NCBI GenBank assembly: GCA_001244265.2
Contig: CDLV01000020.1
Span: 186,001-250,000 of the forward strand
Origin: Microbotryum violaceum
Taxonomy: Eukaryota
Direction of reading: 5' to 3'
Length of the DNA: 64,000 nt
How positions within the stretch are numbered: position 1 is the first letter of the stretch; each line of letters begins with the position of its first letter. Both the position numbers and the translations under genes were made by a program. This document shows, one piece after another, positions 25,401 through 37,492 of the stretch. A model generated the notes under the pieces. It did no database searches. It was not told the origin of the DNA and worked only from the letters and a program-made list of their open reading frames with translations.

Positions 25401-27721
25401 GGCACTAACGTCAAGTATATCACGGGTGCGACGATCAACATCAAGTCGGAAAAGCCGCGCGATACGGAGACAACCTTGCGAGGACTCGACGCAGAAGTTA
25501 CCGAGATCAAGGACGTGCCTGTCGCGAGCAAGAGGAACGAAGCGACGGGGCACTCGTACTCGGAGATTGTGGTGCCGGATACGTTCCCTCCTGGGTCGGT
25601 GTTGTTGTTCGCCACATGGATGGAAGGACTTCCGGCAGATCTGGACGAGCAATGTGCCGCGGGTGTCATCGAGGCTTTCGACGAGCTCGATCTCGTGGAC
25701 CTCAATTCCGTGCTTTACAGGGCTGATGGAGAAGAGCGAGATGCCGTGGGCGGTGATGGCGTCTACGCCGTGCCTGGAATGGCTCCTTTGGTGTACTGCG
25801 GTCTTCAAGGGTGGATGCATCCCCTCAACCACATCATGGCGACGAACGATCTTGGCCACCCGCTTTGCGCACACCTGCGGCAGGGCACGTGGGCGCTCGA
25901 TTATGTTCACGCCAGGCTCGAGAAACAAGTCGACCAATTGCCCCGACTTGCAAAGCCTGCCGCTTGGTTCAAGGAGCGCTTCAAACTCATCAAAAAAGTC
26001 GTGCCGCCTTTCCTCGTGCCCAAGTACTTTGCGCTCGTCATCAACGTCGCGTACAAGGCCGCACGCGATCGCGCCATGGCTCAATTCTCGCCTCTCGTTA
26101 GGGAAGGCACGAGCTTTACTGCTGCACTCGCGCTCACGTCGGTGCAGATGCTGGGTCAGGTCCGATCGGCGAGTCTGAACCCGTTCAAAACGACGCCTTC
26201 CCTTGCCGCTGGACTGCCTCATTTCACTGCAGGTTGGGCGCGTACGTGGGGTCGAGACGTCTTCATCTCCCTGCGTGGTCTGTTCCTCGTCACGGGCCAA
26301 TTTGCCGAGGCGCGCGAACACATCCTCGCCTTCTCCTCCGTCGTCAAACACGGTCTCGTACCGAACTTGCTCGACAGCGGCAAGACCCCTCGTTACAACT
26401 GTCGCGATGGACCTTGGTTCATGTTGCAGAACATTCAGGACTACGTCGAGATGGCACCAAACGGCCTCGACTTGCTCAAGGATACCGTCAAGCGTCGATT
26501 CCCCCTCGATGACACCTGGGTGCCTCATTATGATGCCCGAGCGTACGCCGTCGAATCGACTATCGCCGATGTCGTACAAGAGATCCTTCAACGGCATGCT
26601 CAGGGCATCCATTTCCGAGAGTACAACGCGGGACCTAATTTGGATATGCAGATGAGCGATCAAGGGTTCAATATCGATATTGACGTCGATTGGAAGACGG
26701 GGATCTTGTATGGAGGCAATGCTTTCAATTGCGGAACTTGGCAAGACAAGATGGTGAGATCTTTGTGCATCTTCGTGGCGAATTCAATCACTGACGACGT
26801 CGTGCTGTATCTCCATTTAGGGTGAGAGTGCCAAGGCGGGCAACAAGGGCCTTCCCGGAACGCCGCGCGATGGTGCCCCTGTCGAGATCATTGGTCTGCT
26901 TAAATCCGCACTCCGTTGGGTCGCCGAGCTCTCCAAGGCGGGCAAGTTCCCTCACAAGGGCGTCGAAGCGACGATCGACGGGAAGAAGCGAGTTGTGGCT
27001 TACTCTGAATGGGCCGACCTCATCCAATTCAACTTTGAGCGTCTGTTCTACGTCCCCGCGAACGCGTCCGACGACTCCAAGTACGCTATCAAGACCGACT
27101 TGGTCGGTCGCCGCGGGATCTACAAGGATGTCGTTGGTTCGACGGGCGAGAGGTTCGATTACCAATTGAGGGGCAACTTCCCCATCGCTATGACCGTCGC
27201 GCCTGAATTGTTCGATCGTGAACACGCTTTGGGGGCGTTGAAGATTGCGGAGAAGGTCTTGTTGGGTCCTTTGGGCGTCAAGACCTTGGACCCTTCTGAT
27301 CCGGATTACCGAGGTGAGTCGCCAACATTGTTTGCATCTCGACCAACGCTGCGTACTGATGTGGTGGCCGTTGCGGCTCATAGGTTACTACGACAACAGT
27401 AACGACGGCGACGATCGCTCCATCGCAAAGGGGTGGAACTACCACCAAGGACCCGAATGGGTCTGGCCTATCGGTTTCTTCCTCCGCGCTTACCTCATCT
27501 ACGACACCCAAGTCGGAGAAGGGAAGCAAGACCCCAAGTTGACCTACCACCACATCTACCAAATCCTCGCCAAGCATCGTCAACATATTCGTGATGATGC
27601 GTGGGCAGGTTTACCCGAGTTGACGAATGAAGGCGGGAACTATTGTCATGATAGTTGTCGTACACAGGCGTGGTCGACATCGACTATTTTGGATGTCTTG
27701 GATGATATCAGACGACGTTGA
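22439..27721 (+). CDS. GDB1: Glycogen debranching enzyme (4-alpha-glucanotransferase/amylo-1,6-glucosidase)
   Basis: DVVLNHTANNS, GFRLDNAHSTP, AELFTGS, DCTHDNE, AAGLPHF..RTWGRDVFIS, WNYHQGPEW, GLPELTN, SCRTQAWS. Confidence 0.97.
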
Positions 27722-27923
27722 AAATCGAGTGATAGAAATGGGTTGGGTATGGGCCCGAAAAGCGAATGAGGATACCGGTGTAGCCATGTCGAAAAGCAAT
27801 AATCCTGGGTAACGTGCAGTGGTTGAATCTCCTCTAGAGCGTTGTGTTACGTGAAACATTATTACAAAGCGTACATCAGCTGCCGAGCACATGATAATTG
27901 GCGGCGAACCCGAAAGACATTCG

Positions 27924-29879
27924 TCACCACTTCTTGACCGCTTCGATCCCACCATCGTGCCTCTCCAAATCCTTCTTCCACATATCACTCTCCCCCCATT
28001 TCCCAATCAGCCTCTTGACCTCCATCTTCTGTTCCTTCAAGTGCCTCTCCAACCCACCATCCTCCCGGTCGCCGTAAACCCCACCAAACATCTCCTCCCA
28101 AGCAGGCTTCTTCTCCTTATCCGCCCCCGCATAAGCTCTCAAAATGCTCTTCCTCTGTTCGACCTTGGTCGCTTCTTCCAATTCGGAGGACCAGAGGTTC
28201 CTCGCTTCCAGGTAGGAACGGAGACGGAACAAGGGAGAATCAAGTTTCTTGATGCTGGAGACGTCGTCGGTCGAACGGTATGCGCTCGAATCGTCCGAGG
28301 TCGAGTGGTGGCCTACGCGGTAACTCATAGCCTTTTGAGGTAGGGAGGAGGGGAAGGTCAGTCGGCTTGATCGGAGGACACAGTGTGATTTGAAAACAGC
28401 TTGACTTGACTCACTTCCACGAGAACCGGCTTTTGACCTTCGACTGCACGTCGTCGTGCTTCCTTCGAAGCGAGGTAGACCGCCAAAGGATCATTGCCGT
28501 CGACTGTTCGAGAGTGGAAGAGTTCTCGATCGCGTCAGTTCGATTCTTGGAAACTCAAGCGCGAGATCTGGCACGCTCACCTCGCACAGTTTCGATCCCA
28601 TACCCGGGCCCTCGGGCTGCGATGCCGTCGCCTTTGTACTGCTGAGCTGCCGGCGTAGAGATGGCAAAACCGTTGTTCTGCGAGCGCACCAAATTTCTTC
28701 GAGATCAGTTCACCGGCCCCCTCAGTCGAAGCAATCGAGATCGGAGACGAACCCTGACGAAGAAGACGACCGGTCCACCCAAGACACTGGCCATATTGAA
28801 CCCAGCATGAAAATCGCCTTCACTCGTCGCGCCCTCACCCATATAACAAATGACGCAATCCCCCTTTCGTTCAGGCGAGAGCTTCAAGCTGTACGCCGCT
28901 CCGGCAGCTTGAGGGATTTGGGTGCCCAGGGGGGAGGAAATGGTGTGGAAGTGGTGCGCGGGGGATCCGTAGTGGACGGGCATTTGACGTCCTTTCGAGG
29001 CTTTGTCGGATACGGTCGAGAACACTTGAGCCATAAGGTCCGAGAGACTGTGCCAAGAGAACGAGAGAGGAGGGGAAAATTGAGTTCTTGTCCGGGGACT
29101 GAGCCACGGAAGTGCACGTACGGGTAGTCTCGCCATACGAGTACGCCGACCTCTGTGGAGCGGATCAAAGCATCAGATGGTCAGATCGCATACTCGGAAT
29201 ATGCGAGGCGTGAGTCAAGCACGCACCCCGATACTGGGCGAAAACTTCGTCGGTGGGAGACCACGCAGCCGCGGATCCGACGACGACTCCTTCTTCTCCA
29301 TACGATGTCACTGCCCGCACAACAAAAGTCCGGCTTAGTGGTTTGAATGTTGACTCGGATGACCATAGCCCCTAACTGACTGTAGAAGGAAATCCTGCCC
29401 TGTCGCTGGGACGAAGCGAGGATCGTGTCCTGATACGTAAAAGTCAAAGACTTCAGTCGTCCTTCCTCTTCCAAAAACCCTCACGGCATTCCCCAGCTAC
29501 TCACCAGAGCAGGAAGGAACATCATAGATTTGTACAATTTGACCCAAGTCTCCTCGGGGACCTCCTCGAGTTGCTTCTTCCATTCCTCGGGCACTTCGGG
29601 CAGCACGTGACCTTGGCCGTCGAGCAGACGGAAAGCGGGGATCACGCCCGAGCTGTCGGGGGAGGCGACCTTGTCGAGAAAGACGGGCGAGTGGGAGAGG
29701 TACGTTAGAGGGAAGAGGTGCGAGGATCGAGAGGTGGAGAAGAGTGCTTTGGTGTATGAGAGCGACAAGGACGCGGCGTCACTGCGGGCATCGCTCTGTC
29801 GAGCGGCAGTGCGGGGTGCTCGCGGTGTCGTTCGTGCGACCGAGGCCAGTACACGAACCTGACTTGCTCGAGACAGCAT
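27924..29879 (-). CDS. BCKDHA: Branched-chain 2-oxoacid dehydrogenase E1 alpha subunit (mitochondrial)
   Basis: Arg/Ser/Ala-rich presequence; [34 protein letters not shown] motif [27 protein letters not shown]. Confidence 0.95.
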
Positions 29880-30079
29880 ATGGGTAGTTGGCGGGGGGGA
29901 TGGGTGCACGGGCGATAGAGCGGACGGAGGGACGAGAGCCAAGCAATGAAGAGGCGACGGCGTGGTCGGACCTGCCGAGCCTCTGCCGACGACTGCCGCT
30001 AGCTGCCGCCCCCCCCCCCCCCCCGCTTCGGCTCGGCGCAGCTTCCGTCGGTCCGCCCGGCCGCGCACTGCAGGCCTTC

Positions 30080-30530
30080 AAGCCTTCAGGGGTGTGAGCC
30101 GCATCATCGATCCGGTGCACAGACTAGCGATAACCGGCGTCGCGCCACCAATGGCACTTGCGTTCTTCAACATCATCATGGGCACACTACATCCGATGGG
30201 TGTCCACATTGCGGCGAACCAGACACCTTCATGCACTTCTACTTTGAATGTGACCATTGACGGGAATATTGGAGCCTGATCTTGCACTGGCTGCTGAGGC
30301 TCCTCAAAACACGCTTGGCCTTCCTCGGGTGCGTGGCGGACGTCGCGAGTCCCGGAATTGGATCGTCGTTCGGGTCGTTCTTGCAATCGCTTTCAGCAAG
30401 CCCATCCTTGCTCGATGGCATCGTTACAAGGACCGGCCACTACCAACCCCTAGTACTTGCTTGCTCGCAAGGTTCGCTGAGTCGCATCTCAAATCCCGAC
30501 TTCGACGTCTGCCGGAAGGAGAGCCTCTGA
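30080..30530 (+). mobile_element. Non-LTR retrotransposon (L1/Tx1-like) ORF2 C-terminal relic
   Basis: CPHCGEPDTFMHFYFEC (CX2CX7HX4C zinc knuckle) at 30201-30251, in a disrupted frame. Confidence 0.65.
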
Positions 30531-30759
30531 AACAGATGTGACTTTTCTTCTGATGGGTATGGGGCTTAGGAGTCTCATTTTTGGAAACTTCCTCCATTCT
30601 CTCTCCCTTCTCGATTCTCCCTTCTTGATTGTGCCTAACCCTCAACACTCTGAAGTAGGAAGGGTGGGTGGTGCTCTCATTTGATGTCACATTTTTTGGT
30701 GGTCCTGTGGATGCGCGGGCTGCGTAGATCCAGTGAACGTCCTTTTTGACCGCTATTTT

Positions 30760-31950
30760 CCATTTAATGTTGAGCCAGGGCCAGAACTGTTACTTTTGTG
30801 CCTTTGTGAGAGCTGTTGGCCATCTGAGTCGTATACCGTCGTCCAACGTGGGGTAGCCGGCCTCAGATTGATGAAGCGCCGGATAGCTCTGATCGTATAG
30901 GAACAGCTCGCTCCAAGGAGTGAGACGGTGCTGGGTCGCGGGAAGGAGTGGTCGCCGATGGTGGTCCGGACGGTGGTGGACTGCGGCAACGCAAGCTTTA
31001 TTAGAGAGCAATTTGCTCTGACATCTGCCCAAACCTTTCCCAATAGCGATTCGGTTGCAGTCCTGGATGCACGGGTTCCCCTGAGATCGATGATTGCCCC
31101 GATTTTTTGAGACGCTTGCGCACGTCATCCGACAGGCCTTCTGCAGTGGGTGTAGCGAACGCAAGGGAGGTGGGAGCACCAGCAAGCACCTCGGTTGACC
31201 GAAGAAGCTCTGGGAACACATAGGGCAGCCTCAATCAAGCAACAACAATGACCTTCGTCTACCGCGCATGAGGTGCTCGCTTCCTCAAACGCCGCAAGCG
31301 GATCGAGCGGGTGGGACTTGCGCGATGCATCGGTGATGAAAGGTATGCGAGCTGCGAAGGCTTCGTCGGCGTAGACTCGAGTGTTGACTCGTAGCAGTTG
31401 GTATTTCCGGGCGCGACGGTAGGGCTGACGTGCTTTGGCGGATGAGCAGGCGATCCCCACATACACGGCGGGCGATGGTTCGTGAGCAGCACATAGCCAA
31501 AAAAAAAACCTGAAATGGGACGATCCCGGGCTCGTCCCATTTCAGGGGGAGGGGGGGGGGGGGTGGGGGGGGTTGCTATGCACGTCGAGGTACGCTGTCC
31601 TCGAGACCAGCAGATGAGCACGTCGTTTCTACACCACGATGTAGTCGATGCGCGAACAGGAGTCGATCTTCCTATTATGTTGATGCGGCATGCTGAATTG
31701 GTTTGGGTAAGGATGCAGGTGCCGGATCACGTCGACTATAGCGTGAGGGAGCGGGCTGATGAGAATACACCATGGGGTGGGGAAAGAACCGGACCCGTCC
31801 CTCTGTAGAAGCTGATGTTAGATCCACTGTTACGTTTGGACAGTTGTCCAAGACTCCAGCGATGATCCTGATGGTCTTATCGGGCTCTCGGTTGAGCGAG
31901 AACGTGTCGAAGTGGGCCTTGCGTTCCTTCGGGTTCACGGGGGCCCATTG
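30760..31950 (-). mobile_element. Non-LTR retrotransposon (L1/Tx1-like) APE endonuclease and linker relic
   Basis: WAPVNPKERKAHF (YAP..ER), IIAGVLDNCP (decayed GDxN), DVIRHLHP..FS..SRIDYIVV, LTNHRP (SDH), LLRVNTRVYADEAF; stops and frameshifts. Confidence 0.75.
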
Positions 31951-32301
31951 AAGGGTCATTGAGATCAAAGACAGGAGGCTGATGCGGGGCTTTGGTTTTC
32001 ATTTGGTTGGCTCAAGGCGTTTTACCACATGCTATGACAATAAACTTGGTAAATTTTCCAAAAAAAAATCCTTTGAAATAAGCCTGAATGATGTAGGGCC
32101 ATCCCAAGTTACGACTTAGGCAACGAACAGCTTTGTCTAAACCTGCGCTGTCAGGAGGTCCATTCCCGTCTGGGCAGTCGGACCGAATGAAAACACAGCT
32201 GGCGCAGTTCTTCGTTATCCTGAAATTATACTGAAACGGGTGGAGAATAATCTGGGGTAACTATTACAATGCTCAGAACTATCAACAAGCGACAATATTT
32301 A
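31949..32301 (+). repeat. Left arm of long imperfect inverted repeat
   Basis: Aligns by eye along its length (one ~40-bp indel) with the reverse complement of 34301-34623, e.g. GAGATCAAAGACAGGA, TTACGACTTAG, AATTATACTG, CTGGGGTA. Confidence 0.9.
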
Positions 32302-32348
32302 GGCCCAACGCAAGGAGGTCACTTCAGAGCAAGGGAAGCAGCTGCTCA

Positions 32349-34293
32349 ATGTCCGAGATGATGGACTCGTGCGACATCGCCTTGGATGGACCCCACAACT
32401 CCCCCAGTTGGGCTTCTTCCATCGCCACCTTGAGACCCAGGAACCGGCTATCGAAGCCGCAAATGCGTCTCAAGATGTCAAGAAGTAGCTGGATGCCTGT
32501 GAATACATCGAGCTCGCGTACGATCGCGGGGAGAAGGAGAGACGCCCGACTCGGACGCCGTCATCCTCACGCATGCGGCGGTGGCCGCTGCCCCCGATCT
32601 TCCTTGGTTTGGGCGCAGTCAGAGTATTCAACGCCGATGAAAGGCACGCCCCCGGCGCCTGGACGCGCTAGTCGCAGATTGCAGTGGCGATTGAGGTGAA
32701 GGAGAACCGCACCATGAGCGCAGAAGCGCAGAAGCAAGTGATTACTAGGCGGCTGCATCTGGCTGCATATGATCAGGTGCGACCGCGCTCCGCGCCCACC
32801 TGCGCTCATGCGATCGGCGTTACCCTTTGCGGAGACTTGCTTCAAGTCTACCTCGTTAACGCGAGTGGGGCGTTCACGACGAATGCCCGCAAGTGCGATG
32901 AGGAAGCGGTGCTGCTCCGGCGCGTGCTGTCGCGCCTGAGTCATCGAACTCGACGACGACGGGCTCCGAATGCTGGCCTCGACGAACAAGGTCGACGATG
33001 TTTTCGGAAGTTTTGTCGTCTCGGACAAGCTTTTTCAACCCCGCGCCCACGACTCCGAGTCTGAGCTCGGCGACGTTCGAGATATCGAGATCTGGCAGAA
33101 GCTCATCCAACGCCGAAACCGCGCTGGTCTCACCACCTCCGCGTTCCATGGCACCGCACGACACGCGCCTGTCGACCCCATCTCGATCACCCCGATCACC
33201 TCGACCTCGCCTAACCCTGCGGCCGAGTACGCTGTGACCGTCTCATGGGCGGAACAGTCCCTCCTCGACGATGTTATCGCACTACGTCGCAAGATGCACG
33301 CCGCGTCGGGTGCCGACAGCGAGGGACTAAGCCTTAGCGCCGGCATCTACCGGGGCGGCTTGCGCACGCTTCCGGCCTTCTTCGGCGAGGATGAAAGCTT
33401 CGATGGTATCAATCCCCGGGCACTCGAGCTGGTCTTCCATCAACAGTGTTATTGGCCCCTCAACACGGCGACCACGACCAAGGAACTCGCCCAGGCCGTA
33501 CTTGGAGTCGTCAAAGGTGAGCACAAGGATCAACTGGGCGGCCTTTCGTTTGCGCTCCCTAGCCGACACGCCCATCCCCATGACAATGCAGGACACCGAA
33601 AACTCTACAAGCTGGGTTATATCCACCGGGATATCTCGTACGATAACGTCGTTATCGACCGCGACGGTGTCGGCACCCTCATCGATTATCACCTCGCCGT
33701 CCCGCATGATCGATTTTACAACGAGCTTCACCACAGAATACGATTCGTGCGTCCTCCCCTCTGTATGTTTCCCCGAATGAAGTTTTTGACAAGCACTAAC
33801 GTTTGGACTATACGACGTCTCACAGGGCACGTGGCCCTACCTCGCCTGCTCGATCCTCGCCCGGCCACAACAGCCGCTCCGTGTCGTCCACGAACGGTGG
33901 CACGACATCGAGTCGCTGTTCTACGTCGTAATGGAACCTTCGTTCCGCGAGCCTTAGGAGAGCAAAAATGAAGAGCTTGTCATGACGCCAAAGGGTGAAA
34001 CCATCTGGCGCCACTGGAACAGCCCAGAAGCGCACGTAGTCTATGCCCTCAAATATATGCTTCGCATGGACATGGCATACGAACCTGCACTCGAAGGCTG
34101 CGCTCATCGATTCACAGGCATCCAGCTACTCCTTGACATCTTGAGACGCAATTGTGGCTTCGATAGCCGGTTCCTTGGTCTCAAGGGGCGATGGAAGAAG
34201 CCCAACTGGGGGAGTTGTGGGGTCCATCCAAGGCGATGTCGCACGAGTCCATCATCTCGGACATTGAGCAGCTGCTTCTATTGCTCTGAGTGA
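32349..34293 (+). pseudogene. Fungal-type protein kinase (FunK1/Pkinase_fungal) pseudogene
   Basis: IAVAIEVK; GVTLCG; GYIHRDISYDNVV..LIDYHLA; GTWPYLA; HERWHDIESLFYV; two GT-AG introns; in-frame TAG at 32669-32671 and 33955-33957. Confidence 0.88.
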
Positions 34294-34300
34294 CCATCTT

Positions 34301-34623
34301 TAAATATAGCTGCTCGTTGTTGGCTCCGATTGTTGCAATAGATACCCCAGTTCATTTTTCGTCCGTTCCAGTATAATTCCAGGATGAGCAAAGGACTGCA
34401 CCAGCGGTGCCTTCATTCGGCTCGACTGCGCAGTGTTTCTGGACTAAGTCGTAATCTGGGAGGACCCTTATATCATTCACGGTTCATTCATAGAGGTTTT
34501 GTATTTGGAAATGTACCAGGTTCATTTTCATGTCCCATGTATCGAAACGCGTAGCCTTGAACCAACCGAATGAAACCCAAAGATTCGCATCAGAATCCTG
34601 TCTTTGATCTCACTGACCCTGCA
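34301..34623 (-). repeat. Right arm of long imperfect inverted repeat
   Basis: Reverse complement is similar to 31949-32301. Confidence 0.9.
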
Positions 34624-35656
34624 GAGAGCCGAGCCAACCTAGGTCAAGTGTGAGCACAGTGACTTTCAAGAAACGCAGCGATCGAACGAGACCCATCACC
34701 GCCAAGTACCAAGGCTTATGCGGCAGCGAATGTTCCCTTCGCGACACTGGCGCATGACCGGCTCCCAAAGCCCGTTGATGTCCAGTTCGGCCGCCTCCGA
34801 GTCCGAGGGTCCAGACTAATCGCGACTGTGTTCACACTATTTTGCATCCGCTGCCCCAGAAAGGTCGCCTGCGGGACGGAGAGGTACCATAGACTGACAA
34901 AAACCGGCGCCTGTACCATGTCATTCGCGTGCGTGGCCGCCGTGATTAACGCTATTCGAGTCGGGAAGCTGCTGAGCTGCTCGACGAGGACGGCGGGGAA
35001 TGCGACGGAACTCGGCTGAAACCAGCGATGCGACTCGCAAAGCCTGGCGAGATCAGATTTAGTCTTAGGCGTTCTCTCAAACGGTATCAGTGATGTTGTT
35101 GGAGACCGACCGACACAGATTAAGAACATGAAGGCGAGATGTGTACCGTTAGCGGCGAAAAATGGCGATGAACGAAGCGCCCATCTCCTGTCGTGTTGAC
35201 TTGATCGGCGTATTCGAGGTAGATAAAGCGCTGGCATTTCAAGGCGCTCGATCACGTAAAGCGCCACGTTTGGGTCCGTACCGGCGTTGAGCAATGGCGG
35301 GAAGACTATCAAGACGTCGAGACAAGCCCCCTTGAGTTCTTGTGGCATGACGGAGGGAACTGGTTGAGACGGTTCGAGCACTGCAGAATGACGAACAATT
35401 CCTCAAGCGGGGAGGTAGCCTCTGTTAAAGTCTTGGGCTATCGCCAAGTGTGAGCTGGCGGTCGACGTTGACCCCACATGGCTGAAGGCATGGAGTGAAA
35501 GTCGATGTAATCCTCAGTTCGACTCATGCAGTGATGCCTTGGGTGACTTGGTCGCCAGCGCCCAAGGGCACTCTGTCTTCTCCGTCACTCCAAATCTCAC
35601 GCATGTACAATTGCAAGTCTTCTATCTTCCATTCAAGACGTCTAGAAGTTGGACCT

Positions 35657-37081
35657 CTACAAGCCTTCCGTCTCGTTGATCCTATAGACCAACTTCTCAC
35701 CCCTGACTTCGCCTTCCTGCAACCTCCTCAGTCCTTCCTTGACCCCGCCCAACCCGCCAGGTACGATCGTAACTTTCATGGGCTTGAACGACCCCTCCTC
35801 GACCCACCTTCCGACTTTGTCAAAATACTCTTCAGATAACGCTTCGGAATCACCGCCATGAGCCGTACCGACGAGCGTTCGGACCGTTTCGACGCCCTTC
35901 TCCTTGATCTCGTCAAGGACCTTGTCGTCGTACGTCAGGGTGTAGGTGGCCTTGGCGCCGGATCGACCTTGGAACGCCTCGGCGATCGTTTCAAGCGTAT
36001 CGTTCTCGGAGACGACGTCGAAAGCGTAGTGGAGTTGTCCGTCATACGCTTTGCGGATTTCGGAGACGAGGTCTTCGTGAGACTTGTTGCGGTAATCGAG
36101 GATCTCGTCCACGCCCAATGAAGAGAGAAGCGGCGCTGACGAGCCGGCAACTGCGACGACGTAAAGTCCAGACATCTGATACATAGAAGTAGAGATATCA
36201 GCATCTTTGAATTCATGTCATCCAGCACCAGAGCCATAAACCAATGAGACGAACCTTGGCCAGCTGGATGGCAAAGTAACCGACCGTCGTCGCTCCACCC
36301 CAAATAAGTAAACCTTCCTTCTTACTTCCCTCCTTTTTTTGACCGGGTTGAGGCAGGCCTAAGCGTTGATACACTCCGATGACGGCGGTCATGTACGCGA
36401 GGGTCAGGGTCGAACCGTCCTCGAACGAGGTTTCCGGTCCGAGGTGAAAGGTCGTGTGCGAAGGCGCGATCGAGTATTGCTGGTACGCTCCCGTGCGGTC
36501 TCCACCTCGCATCTCGGTGAAGGCTGCAACCTGTGGCGATGGGTGAAAGATATTGTCGTATAAGGAGGGGTCAGCTGTCTAGTTCGGATCGTCGAGCTGG
36601 ATTTGGGGCGAGGGACGATTTTGGGGCACCTGACATGCTCGACCCGACCAAAGGGGAATACAGGTATCGCGGATCCCTTTCAGAGAATACCCCTTACCTT
36701 ATCACCAACTTTGAACTTTGTGACGCCCTCTCCGACCTGTTCGACGAAACCGGCTACGTCATTGCCTTCGACGGCGGCATAGTCGGGGATGTAGTACGGC
36801 AGCTTCCAGTCCTTCGGGTTAGAGGCCACGGCGACGTCTATAGCCAGATGAGATGGTCACTATGCAGGTCTCTCCTCTCTCAATCGTTGAAGCCCCTGTC
36901 CGTGCTCGGCCGCAGCTCCGAGGTGACGCCATATGTCGCCAGCTTCCCAGGTGCTGATTAGTCAGGGCTGTGACTCACTCTTGATGAGCACTTCTCCCTT
37001 CTCCGGCGAAGGCACAGGTACTTCTTTGATGATCCTGTCCGTCTTTCCGATCCAGACGCTTTTTTGGGTCTTGGGGGTCAT
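35657..37081 (-). CDS. MDR-family enoyl-reductase-like NADPH oxidoreductase
   Basis: VAVASNPKDWK, GNDVAGFVEQVGEGVTKFKVGDKV, LLIWGGATTVGYFAIQLAK, VRGEKLVY. Confidence 0.92.
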
Positions 37082-37492
37082 GATGGTTCGTGAAGGGATG
37101 ATGGTGACAATTGAAGAGGAAGGGTGAAGACGGGTCAGCGTGCAGCGGGTCAGCGGGTCCCGGCGGGTCCAGGCTGGCGTCTGACGATCTGACGTCCGAC
37201 AAGTGGGACGGGGACCGCCAGTGTAGCGGCGCCTAACTTATGGCTTGGATTCAGAATCCGAGTATCGCGATATCATGTATGCTATTTGTTCAGTCCCAAG
37301 CGACAATCCGTTCCAGAATTAAAATGCCCAGCGGGAGACAGAGAACGGAACAACACTAGCATCATCATTCACAAGACCCGCCGGTAACCCTATATGTGTG
37401 ATATAAAAGAAGACAGGGTGAGGGGTAAAGCCCCCTGGACAAACTCAGAAAGGTACCTTGCGTTCGCCAATCCGAAATGCTCGCGACGTCTA

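Noticed and set aside
24150-26744. Long antisense ORFs (337 and 458 aa) opposite GDB1; similar ones opposite PrpD and the RhoGAP
   Set aside because: Expected shadow ORFs of GC-biased codon usage; no recognisable motifs.
31544-31573. Poly-G/C tracts (also ~30005-30023 and ~39157-39176) as functional G-quadruplex elements
   Set aside because: Simple homopolymers in TE or intron context, prone to slippage and sequencing error; no supporting evidence.
30080-31950. Twin-priming 5' inversion of a single LINE
   Set aside because: The pieces converge tail-to-tail, which is not twin-priming geometry.
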